This document shows positions 57,601 through 59,412 of a DNA stretch of 59,412 nt, piece by piece (position 1 is the stretch's first letter; every line of letters starts with the position of its first letter). Location of the stretch: positions 1 through 59,412 of the IMG/VR virus record IMGVR_UViG_3300032225_001111; one strand, given 5' to 3'. The notes under the pieces were generated by a model, which was not told the origin of the DNA, made no database searches, and saw only the letters and a list, made by a program, of their open reading frames with translations. The DNA comes from a virus (taxonomy: Duplodnaviria; Caudoviricetes). A program made the translations under genes and the position numbers.

Positions 57601-57684
57601 TGTTAGCCTTTTCCTACCGAGATTTGGGCTGACCTCTATTGGTTGAGGACATCAGATACCAAATCGGTGTAAGGAGAAAACACT
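57601..57684 (+). promoter_or_regulatory. Promoter and hairpin leader of the scaffold/capsid transcript
   Basis: TGnTAGCCT; ACCG..ATTTGG/CCAAATCGGT, CTGA/TCAG and CCTC/GAGG nested stems; AAGGAG SD. Confidence 0.55.
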
Positions 57685-58578
57685 ATGGCGAAAGCACCAA
57701 AGATGGTTCGCCTCGCAATTGATGAAACTAGCGGTGTTGATCATCCAGCGCATCTAACCGAAGGTTGGATGGTAATGAAATCAACAACAACAGAAGAAAT
57801 TGATGCGGTATTAGATTCCTTATCAACCGAATCAAACACTCAATCAACAAAGGAGGACTCAGTGTCCGATGAAAGCACAGTTGTAACTGAGGACGCAGAA
57901 GTTGTGGAAGCCCCAGCGGCAGAAGCAACACCAACTGAGTCTCCAGCAGAAGACGTAGATGCAAAAATCGCTGAACTCGAAGCCGAACTTGAGAAGGCAA
58001 AGGCTTCAAAGCCTGATCCAATGGCTCAAATGGTTGGAGAGTCAGACGCAGATTATGCAAAGCGCATGAAAGAAATGAAAATGAGCAAGAGTGCAACAAA
58101 TGATGATGACTCATCAGACATTGCAACACTAAAGAAGTCTGCATCTGCACCAATTGTGAAAGCAATGGAATCGCTTGAAAAGGCGGCGGCAGATGCAATT
58201 GCAACTCTAAAGAAGGAACGCGATGAGCGCGCCGATGCAGAAGCAGTTGCTAAGGCTAAAGCATGGTCAAATCTTCCGCTTGACGCGGAAAAGGTTGGTC
58301 CTGCACTTCGTCAGTTGTCACAAATCAACGAAGAACTTGCAAAGTCAATTGAAGGCATCTTGTCATCAGTAAACGAGCAAGCAAAGACATCAAATCTATT
58401 TGCAGAAATTGGTAAGTCAGTCGACGCAGGAACAGACGCTTATTCACGCATGTCAGCACTCGCTAAAGCGGCTGTTGAATCAGGCGTTGCTAAGTCAATG
58501 GAACAGGCAATGGCAGACGTAGCGATCGCAAATGCAGATCTTTACTCACAGTATCTATCCGAGAAGGGTGCTAAATAA
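57685..58578 (+). CDS. Capsid scaffolding protein with N-terminal protease-like strand
   Basis: Acidic/Ala-rich coiled coil before the capsid genes; N-terminal IDETSGVDHPAH. Confidence 0.8.
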   Translation: MAKAPKMVRLAIDETSGVDHPAHLTEGWMVMKSTTTEEIDAVLDSLSTESNTQSTKEDSVSDESTVVTEDAEVVEAPAAEATPTESPAEDVDAKIAELEAELEKAKASKPDPMAQMVGESDADYAKRMKEMKMSKSATNDDDSSDIATLKKSASAPIVKAMESLEKAAADAIATLKKERDERADAEAVAKAKAWSNLPLDAEKVGPALRQLSQINEELAKSIEGILSSVNEQAKTSNLFAEIGKSVDAGTDAYSRMSALAKAAVESGVAKSMEQAMADVAIANADLYSQYLSEKGAK

Positions 58579-58581
58579 AAA

Positions 58582-58980
58582 ATGGCATACGAAATTAGTA
58601 ATTATGCAGTAAAGGTAACCCTCGTCGCAGGTGCTGACCTTTCTGCTTTGCAATACACATTTGTAAAACTCAATTCAAGCGGTCAGGCTGTTGCAGTTTC
58701 TGCGGCTACCGACGTAGCAATTGGTGTTCTACAAAACAAGCCAACATCTGGTCAGGAAGCAGAAGTCTTGATCGTCGGCGGAACAAAGATTGTTGCCTCA
58801 GCGGCTGCAACACTTGGAACCGCACTAAACATCGGAACAACATCAGCAGGTAAGGCTGTCGCTCTTGCAGTAACAGACACCACTAAGTATGTTTTTGGCG
58901 TTTATCTAACAGCACCAGGCGCCGATGGAGACATCGTAACTGCTGCAATCAACTGCGCTACACCAACAAGAGCGAACTAA
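58582..58980 (+). CDS. Capsid decoration/cement protein
   Basis: AGADLS..QY.FVKL...IGVLQN.P...GGTK; between scaffold and capsid genes. Confidence 0.8.
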   Translation: MAYEISNYAVKVTLVAGADLSALQYTFVKLNSSGQAVAVSAATDVAIGVLQNKPTSGQEAEVLIVGGTKIVASAAATLGTALNIGTTSAGKAVALAVTDTTKYVFGVYLTAPGADGDIVTAAINCATPTRAN

Positions 58981-58994
58981 GGAGAGCAAAGTAA

Positions 58995-59412
58995 ATGCCA
59001 CAGCCAAGCATAAATGACGTCCACATTGACGCCATTCTTACCAACATTTCTGTTGCATACCTACAAAAGCAAGATAACTTCATTGCTGACAAGGTATTCC
59101 CAGTAATCCCAGTTGATAAGAAATCAAACAAGTATTTCGTCTACACAAAGAACGACTGGTTCCGCGATGAGGCACAACGCCGCGCCGATGCAACCGAGTC
59201 TGCTGGTAGCGGATTCTCACTCACAACAGCAACTTACAACACAGATGTGTTTGCATTCCACAAGGATGTAGGCGATCAGACAGTTGCTAACTCAGATGCA
59301 CCATTGAACCCACTTCGCGAAGCGGCAGAATTCGTTACACAGCGCCTTCTTCTTCGTCGTGAACTACAGTTCGTAACTGACTTCTTCACAACAGGCGTAT
59401 GGGGATCAGACG
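58995..59412 (+). CDS. Major capsid protein, N-terminal part (continues across the join to 683)
   Basis: AAGGAG RBS; MPQPSINDVHIDAILTNISVAY...FIADKVFP. Confidence 0.9.
   Translation, partial: MPQPSINDVHIDAILTNISVAYLQKQDNFIADKVFPVIPVDKKSNKYFVYTKNDWFRDEAQRRADATESAGSGFSLTTATYNTDVFAFHKDVGDQTVANSDAPLNPLREAAEFVTQRLLLRRELQFVTDFFTTGVWGSD
59290..59412. repeat. Terminal direct repeat copy 2
   Basis: Identical to 1..123. Confidence 0.97.

Noticed and set aside
59290-59412. 123-bp repeat as a biological direct terminal repeat
   Set aside because: It lies mid-gene in the capsid ORF and looks like an assembler circularisation overlap; true genome ends cannot be inferred
1-59412. Stop-codon reassignment or a diversity-generating retroelement
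   Set aside because: Standard-code ORFs tile the genome using all three stops; no reverse transcriptase or TR/VR pair was seen

Overview
The window is a complete, circularly assembled tailed-phage genome. Bases 1-123 are repeated at 59290-59412, so the unit length is about 59,289 bp, and the major capsid gene is cut across the join. The layout is siphovirus-like and I found no integrase, so it is apparently lytic. WhiB, an actinobacterial-type SSB, an Rpf/SLT-like transglycosylase, many leaderless TANNNT-N6-ATG starts and low GC point to a low-GC freshwater actinobacterial host (inference). Modules in order: virion accessory/fibre genes (1-5.2 kb); an AT-rich four-gene island (5.2-8.1 kb); neck and tail genes (8.1-20 kb), including an unannotated Com-like zinc-finger gene with repeated candidate RNA sites and a -1 frameshift chaperone; membrane and lysis genes (20-27 kb); recombination genes with a roughly 280-nt pseudoknot-rich non-coding element, and no recognisable polymerase, primase or helicase (27-30 kb); a complete 7-deazaguanine DNA-modification cluster (dpdA-like, queF, queC, queD, queE, folE; 30-35.4 kb); terminase; a block of small genes with repeated promoters and a start-associated motif (37.5-49 kb); and an expanded head operon (49-59.4 kb). 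The head operon holds the portal, MuF with a toxin-like extension, an XkdF-type protease fused to a zeta-like kinase, Dps, Tudor-like and HiPIP-like proteins with shared N-terminal peptides, scaffold, decoration protein and capsid. The best candidates for undescribed biology are (1) a peptide-tagged capsid-cargo system with an apparently split prohead protease, (2) the large structured RNA-like element at 28.37-28.65 kb, and (3) a Com-like translational switch on the tail genes. All family calls are motif recognition by eye; no database searches were run.
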